Translations under genes and position numbers: made by a program
Shown here: positions 26,903 to 36,047 of the stretch, piece by piece
Position numbering within the stretch: the stretch's first letter is position 1
Layout of the letters: each line of letters opens with the position of its first letter
DNA from: an uncultured Bacillota bacterium
GTDB taxonomy: Bacteria > Bacillota > Clostridia > Acetivibrionales > DTU013
Direction of reading: 5' to 3'
DNA: 64,000 nt
Assembly: GCA_942493145.1 (NCBI GenBank)
Contig: OW818679.1
Span: forward strand, 740,901-804,900
Notes under the pieces: generated by a model
What the model was told of the DNA's origin: nothing
Seen by the model: the letters and a program-made list of their open reading frames with translations, nothing else
Databases searched by the model: none

Positions 26903-27008
26903 TATAAAATGAAGTAATTTCATTTTACAATTGTATTAAAGAATTACTTCACTTTATATAGGTATTAGAATCATAAAGGGCACAGATAACATTCTGTTGC
27001 CCTTTATG
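26903..27008. terminator. Two hairpins between convergent transcription units (probable terminators)
   Basis: 17-bp stem 26903-26919/26942-26958 and 11-bp stem 26972-26982/26998-27008. Confidence 0.55.
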
Positions 27009-27038
27009 TATTCCGTGAGAATTAATAAATAACTTGAA

Positions 27039-27980
27039 TTACTCTGCCCAAACATCAATGCTGCCATATGGTACGATGCAGGTAAACTGATGGAAGCCGA
27101 CCATTTTTCCGGAATGGAAGCGGTGCATGGATACAGTCAGACTGGTGGCTTTCATTTCGATAACAACATTTTTGCCTTCAAAGAGCTCGGGTTTCATGGT
27201 TTTCTTATGCATATCCGACATCTTCTCCGGTACGAAGCAGGAGCTGGTTTCGTCAGAAACTATGTAGGGGAAGGTAATGCCGGGAACTACTCCGAAAGCG
27301 GCAACAATTCCATTGTTATCATCAACAGCCAGAACACGTGCATTGGGGTCACTGGGACGGCCGGGCATCAGACCGAAGTTGATAGGGCTACGGGTCGGTG
27401 TTTTCACTTCATTGGAACTCAGAGTATTGCTTATGTCCATATCACTTGCAAGACTGTCTGTATAATCGGAGTTTTCCATTACAACACCGCCAAGCTCCAT
27501 CAAATAGCAGTCATCGGTTGCCGGATAGGGATCGGTGCTGATGCTGTCATCAAAAACAGCCTTTGCCAGACCCTGCAGGAATTCATAGCTTGCTTTTCCG
27601 CCTTCAGGAATGGCTTCGGTCCATCCGTGAGGCTGTTTGTGGAAGCCTTCGGGTTCAAACCAGAAACCGGCTTCGCAGCGGGAACGAATGAGGAAGAGTT
27701 CCAGCTCGCTTACTTTTTCTTCTTCGATTTTCATACGGCCGATGAATACTGATGGTGCACTGCCTTCCATCAAACTGGCTACAACCAGTATAGTGTTCTG
27801 GCGGGAGTCTTCTATTATCTGTCCGATACAGTCAACAGCTGTTACTGTTCTCCAGCAGGTCATGTGACAGATGGCTGCAGGCTTTCCGTTTTCTGTTGCT
27901 TTGAAGCGCGTAGTTACTGGCAACAGTGATGAATCCTTTTTAATCATGGATTCAAATAATAAATCAACAAATTTCTTCAT
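27039..27980 (-). CDS. Hypothetical protein, possible tandem NTF2/SnoaL-like fold
   Basis: Long ORF with GGAGG RBS. LP....F..TENG..W.T..D....Q...E......R.KI.E.KVSELE pattern. Fold call is recall only. Confidence 0.6.
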   Translation of the reverse strand: MKKFVDLLFESMIKKDSSLLPVTTRFKATENGKPAAICHMTCWRTVTAVDCIGQIIEDSRQNTILVVASLMEGSAPSVFIGRMKIEEEKVSELELFLIRSRCEAGFWFEPEGFHKQPHGWTEAIPEGGKASYEFLQGLAKAVFDDSISTDPYPATDDCYLMELGGVVMENSDYTDSLASDMDISNTLSSNEVKTPTRSPINFGLMPGRPSDPNARVLAVDDNNGIVAAFGVVPGITFPYIVSDETSSCFVPEKMSDMHKKTMKPELFEGKNVVIEMKATSLTVSMHRFHSGKMVGFHQFTCIVPYGSIDVWAE

Positions 27981-28312
27981 GGGCTCCAACCTCCGTTAAT
28001 GTATATTTGTTAGTTACTTTGAAAAACTGCATAGTTTATTCACTGGTTATTATGGTCTCAATGTATTGTATCATTATAAAATTACAACTGTCTGTATAAA
28101 TTAATGACAAAATGGCAAATGGAAGTGTGCAGCATGCACCATAAAATCCAAAGACGCTTATGATCCTGATTAAACTCTTATATCAAGAGCTATGCTGCAG
28201 GTTAACAAAAAAATAACTCCATATATTCCTGACTGTGATATAATAATCACAATTAAGGTGTGCATAATGCAGCAGCCTGAAAAATACAATTATTGTATGG
28301 AGAAACAACCGA

Positions 28313-29581
28313 ATGAAAACAGATAAGGAAATATATCAGGAGCGGGATGCCAATGCACTTGCACGAAAGCTTTTTTCTTCTCTGGCAAAGGGGCAGGGGA
28401 TGCAGGCCCTGCTCGACATGGGATATGATTTTCTCGAAAACCCGATTCTGCTGTTTGATCTGAGCCATACCCTTTTGTGTTATACAAAAAATGTTACAAT
28501 TGATGATCCGGTCTGGAATGACATCACTCTGAGGGGGTACAGTTCATACTCCATTGTTTCGCAGGGTGAGGCAGTCGGCCTCTACAGACGCATTCGCACC
28601 AGTTATGAACCATTTATCAACTATTCGGATATTTCCGGGAATCCTATACTCCACTGCAATATCAGTGTGGAAGGAAAGTCGGTCGGGTATCTGGTGGTCG
28701 TAGGTGCATACCGCGGGTTTGTACAGGCGGATATGGCATATTCGGAACTGCTGAGCCAGGCTGTTTCGATGGAACTGCAGAAAAATCCTGCCTACAGTAT
28801 CCCGGAGATGCAGCTGCACGGCTTGTTTCTTACGGATCTTCTGGACGGAATGATAACAGAACCTGCGATTATAAGAGAGCGTCTTGCATATATGAAACTG
28901 GATATTTCGCAGGAGACCCTGCTCATCGTCTTTTGCTGGGATGAATTCGAAGCAGATGAAAAACAGACTTCGGAGTTGTTGCATATTCTGAACCGGAAGG
29001 GCTGGGCATTTTCCTACAGAAAAGAAGTTCTGCTTTTGGTGGACACTAAGGCTGAACTGATGAATCCCCAGAGAACATGGATCCAGGAAATATATGACAA
29101 CTTATCGGAAAAGTTCACCTTCTCATCCCTGCGATGCGGAGTCAGCCGTCCCTTCAGCGGACTGTATGAGCTGCCCAAGCCGTACTTTCAGGCGAAGCAG
29201 GCACTGGAAGCGGGAATAAAGGCAAGCATTGATGAACGCGTTTTTTTCTTTGACGAATATATGGAGTTTTCGCTGTTCAACAACTGCAAATTAATAGCAG
29301 AACTGCAGCATTTCTGCCACCCTGCGCTGGTCAAGCTTAAGGAATATGATGCAGTCAATCATTCCGAGCTGCTGAAAAGCCTGTATGTTTATCTATATTG
29401 TGACAAGAACATTAACAAGGCGGCATCTACGCTTTTTGTTCACCGCAATACCTTGAGCCGCCGTTTGGAAAAGATAACTGAAATAATACACATACCGTCG
29501 ATGGAAGGTGATGAGAGTTTCCGGCTGCTTCTTTCCTATAAAATCCTGATTTTTTTGGGGCAGTTTTCGTCTGACATTTAA
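28313..29581 (+). CDS. PucR/CdaR-family transcriptional regulator
   Basis: C-terminal LLKSLYVYL..NINKAASTLFVHRNTLSRRLEKI, plus CGVS and Y.QA..AL. Confidence 0.9.
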   Translation: MKTDKEIYQERDANALARKLFSSLAKGQGMQALLDMGYDFLENPILLFDLSHTLLCYTKNVTIDDPVWNDITLRGYSSYSIVSQGEAVGLYRRIRTSYEPFINYSDISGNPILHCNISVEGKSVGYLVVVGAYRGFVQADMAYSELLSQAVSMELQKNPAYSIPEMQLHGLFLTDLLDGMITEPAIIRERLAYMKLDISQETLLIVFCWDEFEADEKQTSELLHILNRKGWAFSYRKEVLLLVDTKAELMNPQRTWIQEIYDNLSEKFTFSSLRCGVSRPFSGLYELPKPYFQAKQALEAGIKASIDERVFFFDEYMEFSLFNNCKLIAELQHFCHPALVKLKEYDAVNHSELLKSLYVYLYCDKNINKAASTLFVHRNTLSRRLEKITEIIHIPSMEGDESFRLLLSYKILIFLGQFSSDI

Positions 29582-30507
29582 ATATCAACATTGTCTTGCA
29601 GATTCTTAAAATAGTTGATTGTGAAATGAAAGAATCTCTGTGCCGCTTTTGTCAATTGATGAATATTCGATCTTGAGATGCCAATTGTCCATCTGCAATC
29701 AGGCTCCCTGAGTTTCAAAATGCGCACACTTTCCTTATAAAAGGGTGAGGTTGAATCTGTTGTACTGTTCATAAACTGTTTTGCGGTTGATGCAGAAATA
29801 AAACCAACTCCCAACTGAAGCGATACCAGCTTGCCCAGCATTTCAGGGAAAGTGCCTTCAAATGTTATTTTTGGCGGAAAACCAGCCTTTGCGCAGAGCT
29901 CGTCCGTTAAGTTCCTCGGGCCGTAGCCTGCTGAAGGACATATAAAATTATCCTCCTTAAAATCCTTCAGATACAAATCGTGACAACCGGCTAACCTATG
30001 GGAGGCGGGAACCATAAGATAAATTTCCTCGTCCAGCAGGGGGGTCCAAAGTATGCCTGTACTGTCAATTGGAGAAGAGGAGAATGCAAAATCAAGGTCT
30101 CCATGCATAAGGGGATCCTTAATTGTAGGTAAAGGCATAATGGCTTGATGTATTCTGACAGATCTGTGTGTAGTAAGGAATTGCTCCATAAGATCCGGCA
30201 GAAAACCCGGAACCGAGGTTGCCAGCGAGACTTCGCCCGATTCAGGACCTACCAGCTCCAATACTTCATTCCTCCCGAGCTCCAACTCATGGAAAATGGT
30301 ATTTGTATGTCGTAGAAAAGCCTCTCCGGCAGAGTTCAGTTTGATTTTGCTGGAGGACCTGTCGAACAATGCAGCCCCCAGATCGTCTTCAAGCTTAATA
30401 ATAGCCTTGCTTAAGGCTGACTGTGAGATCATCAGTTCCTCGGCAGCTTTTGTTATATGCTGTGTTTTGGCCACGGTTTTAAAATATTGAAGATGTAAAA
30501 GATCCAT
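29578..30507 (-). CDS. LysR-family transcriptional regulator, divergent from the flavodoxin operon
   Basis: QYFKTVAKTQHITKAAEELMISQSALSKAIIKLEDDLGAALFDR. Confidence 0.93.
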   Translation of the reverse strand: MDLLHLQYFKTVAKTQHITKAAEELMISQSALSKAIIKLEDDLGAALFDRSSSKIKLNSAGEAFLRHTNTIFHELELGRNEVLELVGPESGEVSLATSVPGFLPDLMEQFLTTHRSVRIHQAIMPLPTIKDPLMHGDLDFAFSSSPIDSTGILWTPLLDEEIYLMVPASHRLAGCHDLYLKDFKEDNFICPSAGYGPRNLTDELCAKAGFPPKITFEGTFPEMLGKLVSLQLGVGFISASTAKQFMNSTTDSTSPFYKESVRILKLREPDCRWTIGISRSNIHQLTKAAQRFFHFTINYFKNLQDNVDI

Positions 30508-30769
30508 GTTCAACCACCATTCACTTAACAGATTAAATCCATATTAACATAAATTTCATCCGGATTGCTAGTGGCCGGTAAGAGTTATAACTTTAGGATA
30601 TGCAGGCCACAACTCATGGAATCCAAAGCGGTTGAATTTTATCATGAATCAAACAACTTGCAAGAGTCGTGTTTTGGATATTGGACTTTCCACAAGACAG
30701 GGACTATGATTGACATGTGTTCATTTGTATCTTTATGGTAATTTAAATATCAAAATTACGGAGGAATTT

Positions 30770-31996
30770 ATGAAAGGAATCGTCATCTACTACTCTGCAA
30801 CAGGCAGTACCGCAAAAATTGCACAAGCGATTCATAAAGGAATGAGTAAGGAATTGGAGGTTTGTGACCTGGCATCAGTCAGAAAGGCCGACCCGGCTGC
30901 CATGGGGCAGTATGACCTTGTCGTAGTCGGCAGTCCGATCTGGTATCGCAGGGAAACCGCCAACCTCAGAGATTTTCTCTACAACATGCCGGATATGAGA
31001 GGCAAGCTCTGCGTCCTGTTCTGCACCCATGGGGTAGGACCTGACGGATTGATGCTCAGCCTTTCCACACAGGTCAAGCGCAAGGGTATGACCATCATCG
31101 GTTGGAATGACTGGTACGGAAGTGTATACCAGGTTTTACACCAGTTCAAGCCCTATGTGACCGACGGCCATCCGGATGAAATCGACCTGAAGGAAGCGGA
31201 AGAATTTGGTCGTGAAATGGGACAACGGGCAAAGAAAATCGCCGCAGGAGATACCAGCCTCATTCCGAAGCCCGGGACGGATACCTTGTGGAAAATCCAC
31301 ACCATGCCCAAGGATGATCCCCAGAGACACGGAATGCCGCCGCCCGGCAGGCCAGGACCCGGCGGACATGAAGGAAACGGCGGTCCGGGAGGTCCGGGGG
31401 AATTCGGCGACGATGGACCAAAATTCAGGCCGCTTAAAGCTGTGAGAACCTTCAATATGGAAAAATGCATCCATCCGTCCTGCACCAAATGTATGGATAC
31501 CTGCCCGATCAATGCCATTGATTTTTCCTCCGGCACTCCAACCGTTAAAAACGGCTGCATTGACTGCGCCTTATGCGACAAGATGTGCCCGGTGGGCGCC
31601 ATTGAGATCAATGAGGAAGCAATGCTCCAGAGAACGCAGCATGTCATCGACATGGAAAAATGCAAGTATCCGGCGTGTACCATTTGCGTGGATTACTGTC
31701 CAATGCAAAGCATCGATTTTTCCGTCAACCCGCCGGCGTTTAAGAAGAACTGCGAGGGCGACGATTTGTGCTGGGTCATTTGTCCACACGATGCCATCGG
31801 GGTCACCAATCTGGACAAAACCCATGAGCTTCTGGGGTCCAACAGCCCTGACAGCCCGTTCCTGAGGATGGTCGAGGCGAACGAGGCGACCGGGAAGTTC
31901 CGTCGCCTGGTCCCGAGGGATCAGATCAATGTTATGAACAAAATCATGTATAACCCGAATGCTCCAAGATTTGTTATCGAGCATGAAGAACCATAA
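30770..31996 (+). CDS. Flavodoxin domain fused to duplicated 4Fe-4S dicluster domains, with a Gly/Pro-rich linker
   Basis: YYSATGSTAKIA, VGSPIW, and four Cys clusters (one CEGDDLC variant). ATG 30770 after GGAGG. Confidence 0.85.
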   Translation: MKGIVIYYSATGSTAKIAQAIHKGMSKELEVCDLASVRKADPAAMGQYDLVVVGSPIWYRRETANLRDFLYNMPDMRGKLCVLFCTHGVGPDGLMLSLSTQVKRKGMTIIGWNDWYGSVYQVLHQFKPYVTDGHPDEIDLKEAEEFGREMGQRAKKIAAGDTSLIPKPGTDTLWKIHTMPKDDPQRHGMPPPGRPGPGGHEGNGGPGGPGEFGDDGPKFRPLKAVRTFNMEKCIHPSCTKCMDTCPINAIDFSSGTPTVKNGCIDCALCDKMCPVGAIEINEEAMLQRTQHVIDMEKCKYPACTICVDYCPMQSIDFSVNPPAFKKNCEGDDLCWVICPHDAIGVTNLDKTHELLGSNSPDSPFLRMVEANEATGKFRRLVPRDQINVMNKIMYNPNAPRFVIEHEEP

Positions 31997-32020
31997 ACAA
32001 AAAACAAAACGGAGGTAAGT

Positions 32021-33445
32021 ATGAGCAATTTTGACCCGAATGATTTTGAAGTATTGTATCCCGGTGTATACACTGAAAGGGAAAAGCCATTGGTGGACAA
32101 ATTCAATGCAGACATCATGGCGATCAAGGAAAGAGGGCCCATAGACGTGGATGCGCTCATCAACGGCAGGCTGCCGAAGGACACTCCCGGCCTGGGACCT
32201 GTTGCCAAGGTAACAGAGGCCATGGTCCGGTATAACAGTGAAAAATACGATCCTGAGAATCCTCTTCTAAATGATGCTGAATACGCCAAAAGGCTCGGCT
32301 ATGAAAACATCCTGGCTTTCCCATGCTTCGGCGCTCACGACGATTCATACATCATACCCTGGCCGCCGGAATCCAGGGATACCATCCTGGTATCACAGCT
32401 GAGCCATAGTGTTACGACCCATAAGCCGATTGTTCCCGGAGATACACTTTATATGGTGATCGACAACAGGGAGGTATCCGACCTGACGGATCCCAAGGGC
32501 TCCATTTACCGGAATGTTGCAATTAAAAACAGCGGGAGTGTATATAACCAGAAGGGTGAAAAGGTCAACGATGTTTCCTTCAGTGTCATGGAAAGCGTGA
32601 AAACATACAAGGAAGACAAGAGGCCGGGAAAAATGGGCTTTGACAAGGTCTGGGAAGGACCCGACTGGACGGCGAGGCCGGAGCATTATTATACCGATGA
32701 GGACTGGGAAATCATTAAAAACCTCTGGTCAAAGGAAAAACGCCGAGGTAGTGAGCCCTTGTACTGGGAGGATGTCAAAGCCGGAGATGAGCCTGTCTGG
32801 ACGGTCGACGGTCCCATCCTGAAATCTTTGTCGCCGGAAGCTCCCTATGGACTCGGCTGCGGCGGAAGCCGCACCATCCGGAAGGAACTTCTGGATCCAG
32901 AGCTATCCAAAACACTGGTCAGGGACCCTAAAAACGGTATCTGGTTGCTGCCCAATGAAGAGGATTATGTTCCCGCCGTTCCCGACGGTGCTGGCAGGAG
33001 ACCGCCCATGCCGCCACCGGATGATTCCGGGGCTATCGATACCAGGGATATCCACGCTCAGAAGGAAACCAGGGCACCACTGATCAATTTCCTGGGACGT
33101 GAACTGGCCTGCAGGCACCTGTTCAACTGGATGGGCGATTACGGCTGGCTGTATAACATAAAATGGGGCATTATGCCATCTGAAGCACATGCAGCGGTAG
33201 GCAAAATTGTTCCGAAGAGTCCTTATAAGGAACAGCTCCTTACAAAGGTTCCCCATATGAAGGACAAAGCCGCCCTTGCCCATGGGTTGACTACTGACCT
33301 GGCAGTGGTCAAATCCTACGTATATGACAAGTTCTCGCGAAAAGGCGAATACTTTGCAGAGCTTGCCTGGTGGATCGAGACCATCGAGGGCGATATCTGG
33401 CTGGAAGGCGGCGCTACTGTGAAACTGCCGTCAAAGAAGGCATAA
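32021..33445 (+). CDS. Double hot-dog (MaoC/FAS1-like) dehydratase-family protein
   Basis: YDPENPLLNDAEYAKRLGY..LAFP, PIVPGDTL, LYWEDVKAGDE, GGATVKLP. Confidence 0.75.
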   Translation: MSNFDPNDFEVLYPGVYTEREKPLVDKFNADIMAIKERGPIDVDALINGRLPKDTPGLGPVAKVTEAMVRYNSEKYDPENPLLNDAEYAKRLGYENILAFPCFGAHDDSYIIPWPPESRDTILVSQLSHSVTTHKPIVPGDTLYMVIDNREVSDLTDPKGSIYRNVAIKNSGSVYNQKGEKVNDVSFSVMESVKTYKEDKRPGKMGFDKVWEGPDWTARPEHYYTDEDWEIIKNLWSKEKRRGSEPLYWEDVKAGDEPVWTVDGPILKSLSPEAPYGLGCGGSRTIRKELLDPELSKTLVRDPKNGIWLLPNEEDYVPAVPDGAGRRPPMPPPDDSGAIDTRDIHAQKETRAPLINFLGRELACRHLFNWMGDYGWLYNIKWGIMPSEAHAAVGKIVPKSPYKEQLLTKVPHMKDKAALAHGLTTDLAVVKSYVYDKFSRKGEYFAELAWWIETIEGDIWLEGGATVKLPSKKA

Positions 33446-33486
33446 AATACCATATCAACCCCAAACCACAAATAAAGGAGATTCCT

Positions 33487-34536
33487 ATGAAAGCGCTTAA
33501 ATATTACGGTGAACAAAAAAAAGTTGCATTTGAAGAAGTTCCAAAACCAAAGGCAGGACCTGGACAGGTAGTCGTCAAGATAGCCTATTGTGGAATCTGC
33601 GGGACCGACCTGCATGTTTATGCCCATGGGATGTTTCCCTGGGAGTTGGTTCTTGGACATGAGGCCGTCGGCTATGTGGAAGAGGTCGGTGAAGGTATAG
33701 GCGATTTCAAGGTCGGCGACCGCGTGGCGGTAGGACCTCCCGGTGATTGCGGCAAATGCTGGTCCTGCAACACGGGCAAGCCGAACACCTGCGTGAATGC
33801 ATTCCCCAACACACTTGGTATCGGTCCCAATACGCAGGGAGCCTATGCGGAATATATCCTTTCAAAATTCCCGCAGAACGAGCTGTTCAAAATACCTGAA
33901 AAAGTAGGATTTGAGCAGGCTGTACTGTTTGATGTCATCGGAGTCGGATTCCATGCGGTCCGGTATTCCGATATGAAGGTTGGGGACAGTGTCGTTGTTT
34001 CCGGCTGCGGAGGGATTGGGTTGTCTGTGATCCAGTCTGCAAAACTGGCGGGCGCGACAAATCTCATTGCATTTGATCCTCTGGAATCCCGACGTATTAT
34101 AGCTCTTGAAAGTGGTGCAGATTATGTCTTCGACCCCGGTAAGGAGGAAGATGTCGCAAAAGCGAAGGAAATCCTTTGCAAGTCAAATGGGGCGCAGGTC
34201 TGCTTCGAAGCGGCGGGTCATCCGTCGTCCATACAGACATGTATCGACCTTTGCATGCCAAGTGGGCAGGTCATGCTCATCGGGACAGACAACAGACCAT
34301 TCAGCCTCGTAACGGCAGACATCGGGATAAGACAAATCGAATTCAAAGCCACTTTCGTTTATACGAAGGAGGAGATCACGATGCTGTTCGATCTGATTTC
34401 CATGGGGAAATTCGATTTGAAACCATATAAGATATTGAAAGCCCCATTGTCCGATGCAATTCATAAGCTGGAAGAACTCTCCACAGGAAAGCTGGACGTT
34501 ACCCGCGTCCTCCTGATGCCCAACGGAGAAATATAA
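33487..34536 (+). CDS. Zn-dependent medium-chain alcohol/polyol dehydrogenase
   Basis: CGICGTDLH, LGHE, CGKCWSC..C, SGCGGIG, FEAAG. Confidence 0.93.
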   Translation: MKALKYYGEQKKVAFEEVPKPKAGPGQVVVKIAYCGICGTDLHVYAHGMFPWELVLGHEAVGYVEEVGEGIGDFKVGDRVAVGPPGDCGKCWSCNTGKPNTCVNAFPNTLGIGPNTQGAYAEYILSKFPQNELFKIPEKVGFEQAVLFDVIGVGFHAVRYSDMKVGDSVVVSGCGGIGLSVIQSAKLAGATNLIAFDPLESRRIIALESGADYVFDPGKEEDVAKAKEILCKSNGAQVCFEAAGHPSSIQTCIDLCMPSGQVMLIGTDNRPFSLVTADIGIRQIEFKATFVYTKEEITMLFDLISMGKFDLKPYKILKAPLSDAIHKLEELSTGKLDVTRVLLMPNGEI

Positions 34537-34557
34537 CGATTGAGAGGAGAAAACAGC

Positions 34558-35025
34558 ATGTCGATTACAGGAACATATTATATCAGGAAATGGATACCGA
34601 ACCCTGCGCTTGTGCATGGGAAAGACTTTAATCCCGGCGGACCGGGCGGACCCGGCGGCCTTGGCGGACCTGGCGGCCTTGGCGGACCAGGAGGTCCGGG
34701 AGGCCCAGGTGGACCAGGTGGAGATAGTAAACCGCCGGTTGAGCTCCCCGATTACGGCAAGCCGGGAGAAAATTTCTTCGAGGGCGAAATGACCTTCGAA
34801 CTGGAAGGGCAATCCGATGGCACGCTGAAAGGGACTGCAGGCGGACAACCCATCAATTTCGGTTATTATACCGGGGATGAGTTCTTCAAGGTCGACTATC
34901 CGGCCGGCCCAGGCAGGTGGGAAATCTGGGCGCGCGTCGACAGGAACGGTAATGTGACCGGTATGATTTCGGTCGGTGATGGCGGTGGCTTTCCCAACTT
35001 CGTTTACGGTAAAAAAATCGGTTGA
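34558..35025 (+). CDS. Small hypothetical beta-rich protein with a (GGP/GGL)n insert
   Basis: RBS GAGGAG, last gene of the operon, followed by a terminator. Confidence 0.7.
   Translation: MSITGTYYIRKWIPNPALVHGKDFNPGGPGGPGGLGGPGGLGGPGGPGGPGGPGGDSKPPVELPDYGKPGENFFEGEMTFELEGQSDGTLKGTAGGQPINFGYYTGDEFFKVDYPAGPGRWEIWARVDRNGNVTGMISVGDGGGFPNFVYGKKIG
34633..34722 (+). repeat. In-frame 9-nt-period repeat encoding [30 protein letters not shown]
   Basis: Ten triplet-codon units with varied synonymous codons. Confidence 0.9.
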
Positions 35026-35072
35026 TGGACATGCGCCTGTTATACAATGAATAACCACAACAGATCATAAAG

Positions 35073-35102
35073 AACTGCCTCTAAAAATTGAGGCAGCTCT
35101 TT
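35073..35102 (+). terminator. Intrinsic terminator
   Basis: CTGCCTC-TAAAAATT-GAGGCAG followed by CTCTTT. Confidence 0.6.
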
Positions 35103-35149
35103 CCATCTGTAATTGCCGGCGATGTTTCAGCAGTTTATGAAGGAAACTA

Positions 35150-35180
35150 TTGACCTGTCTATAGCTTTATAGTTTATACT
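35150..35180 (+). promoter_or_regulatory. MerR-type promoter with a 19-bp spacer and internal dyad
   Basis: TTGACC-N19-TATACT with CTATA-GCTT-TATAG inside the spacer, directly upstream of a merR-family gene. Confidence 0.8.
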
Positions 35181-35214
35181 GGTTTTAGTTGCATATCCGG
35201 AAAGGTGGCTTGAA

Positions 35215-35751
35215 ATGGCTATAACAGTCGGAAAATTAGCTAAAATGTTTGGCGTTTCACGGACAGCATTACTTTTTTATGACTCCATAGGCCTGCTTAA
35301 GCCTTCAGGAAAAAGCAAGTCAGGGTATAGACTGTATAACCAGGAGGATGTAAACAAGCTTGGTGACATAATAGTTTTCAAAGAAATAGGCACTCCTTTA
35401 GACGAAATCTCCGTTTTATTATCTTCCAGAGATGAACATGAACTTTCACATATGTTAATCAGAAGGCTTCATGACCTGAATAAGGAAATCGAAGCATTAA
35501 AAAAACAACAGGAATTTATTGTGAAGATGATGAGAAACGGCGGTATCTACCATGACAACAAGAAAATTGACAAATCTATATGGCTGCAGATATTAAAATC
35601 AGCAGGCATAAATGAGGACACGGCATATGAATGGCATGCCATATTTGAAAGGAATTCGGCAGAACAGCACGAAGAATTTCTAGCCATGATCGGGATTTCA
35701 AAATCTGAGATTTCTCAATGGAAAGACGAGTTTATAAAATCGACTCCATAA
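35215..35751 (+). CDS. MerR-family transcriptional regulator
   Basis: TVGKLAKMFGVSRTALLFYDSIGLLKP...GYRLY. Confidence 0.93.
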   Translation: MAITVGKLAKMFGVSRTALLFYDSIGLLKPSGKSKSGYRLYNQEDVNKLGDIIVFKEIGTPLDEISVLLSSRDEHELSHMLIRRLHDLNKEIEALKKQQEFIVKMMRNGGIYHDNKKIDKSIWLQILKSAGINEDTAYEWHAIFERNSAEQHEEFLAMIGISKSEISQWKDEFIKSTP

Positions 35752-36047
35752 TTTAAAACCTTTATTCTATTGTACCAATAAATAACATACAAACAAAGTT
35801 TCAGTTAATATTGACTGCGGCCGTGGATTTCCATGTTCAAATACATTTTACAAATTCAAATAGTTCCAGAATTAAAAATATGAAGGAGGAAGCAACGCAA
35901 AATAAGACACCGGAAAAATCAGAGAGGAACTTTCCTTGATGGGCGTTACCGTCCCGGAGGGCACAACATCGGTCATAAACGACGACGATGGAAAGACGAT
36001 AATGGAAAAAGGTAATCAATAAAAATCTTAATGGGAGGTTTGAAATT

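Noticed and set aside
35830-36030. Possible regulator gene remnant or small ORFs upstream of the SBP
   Set aside because: Short frames with no convincing motif. Cannot be supported.
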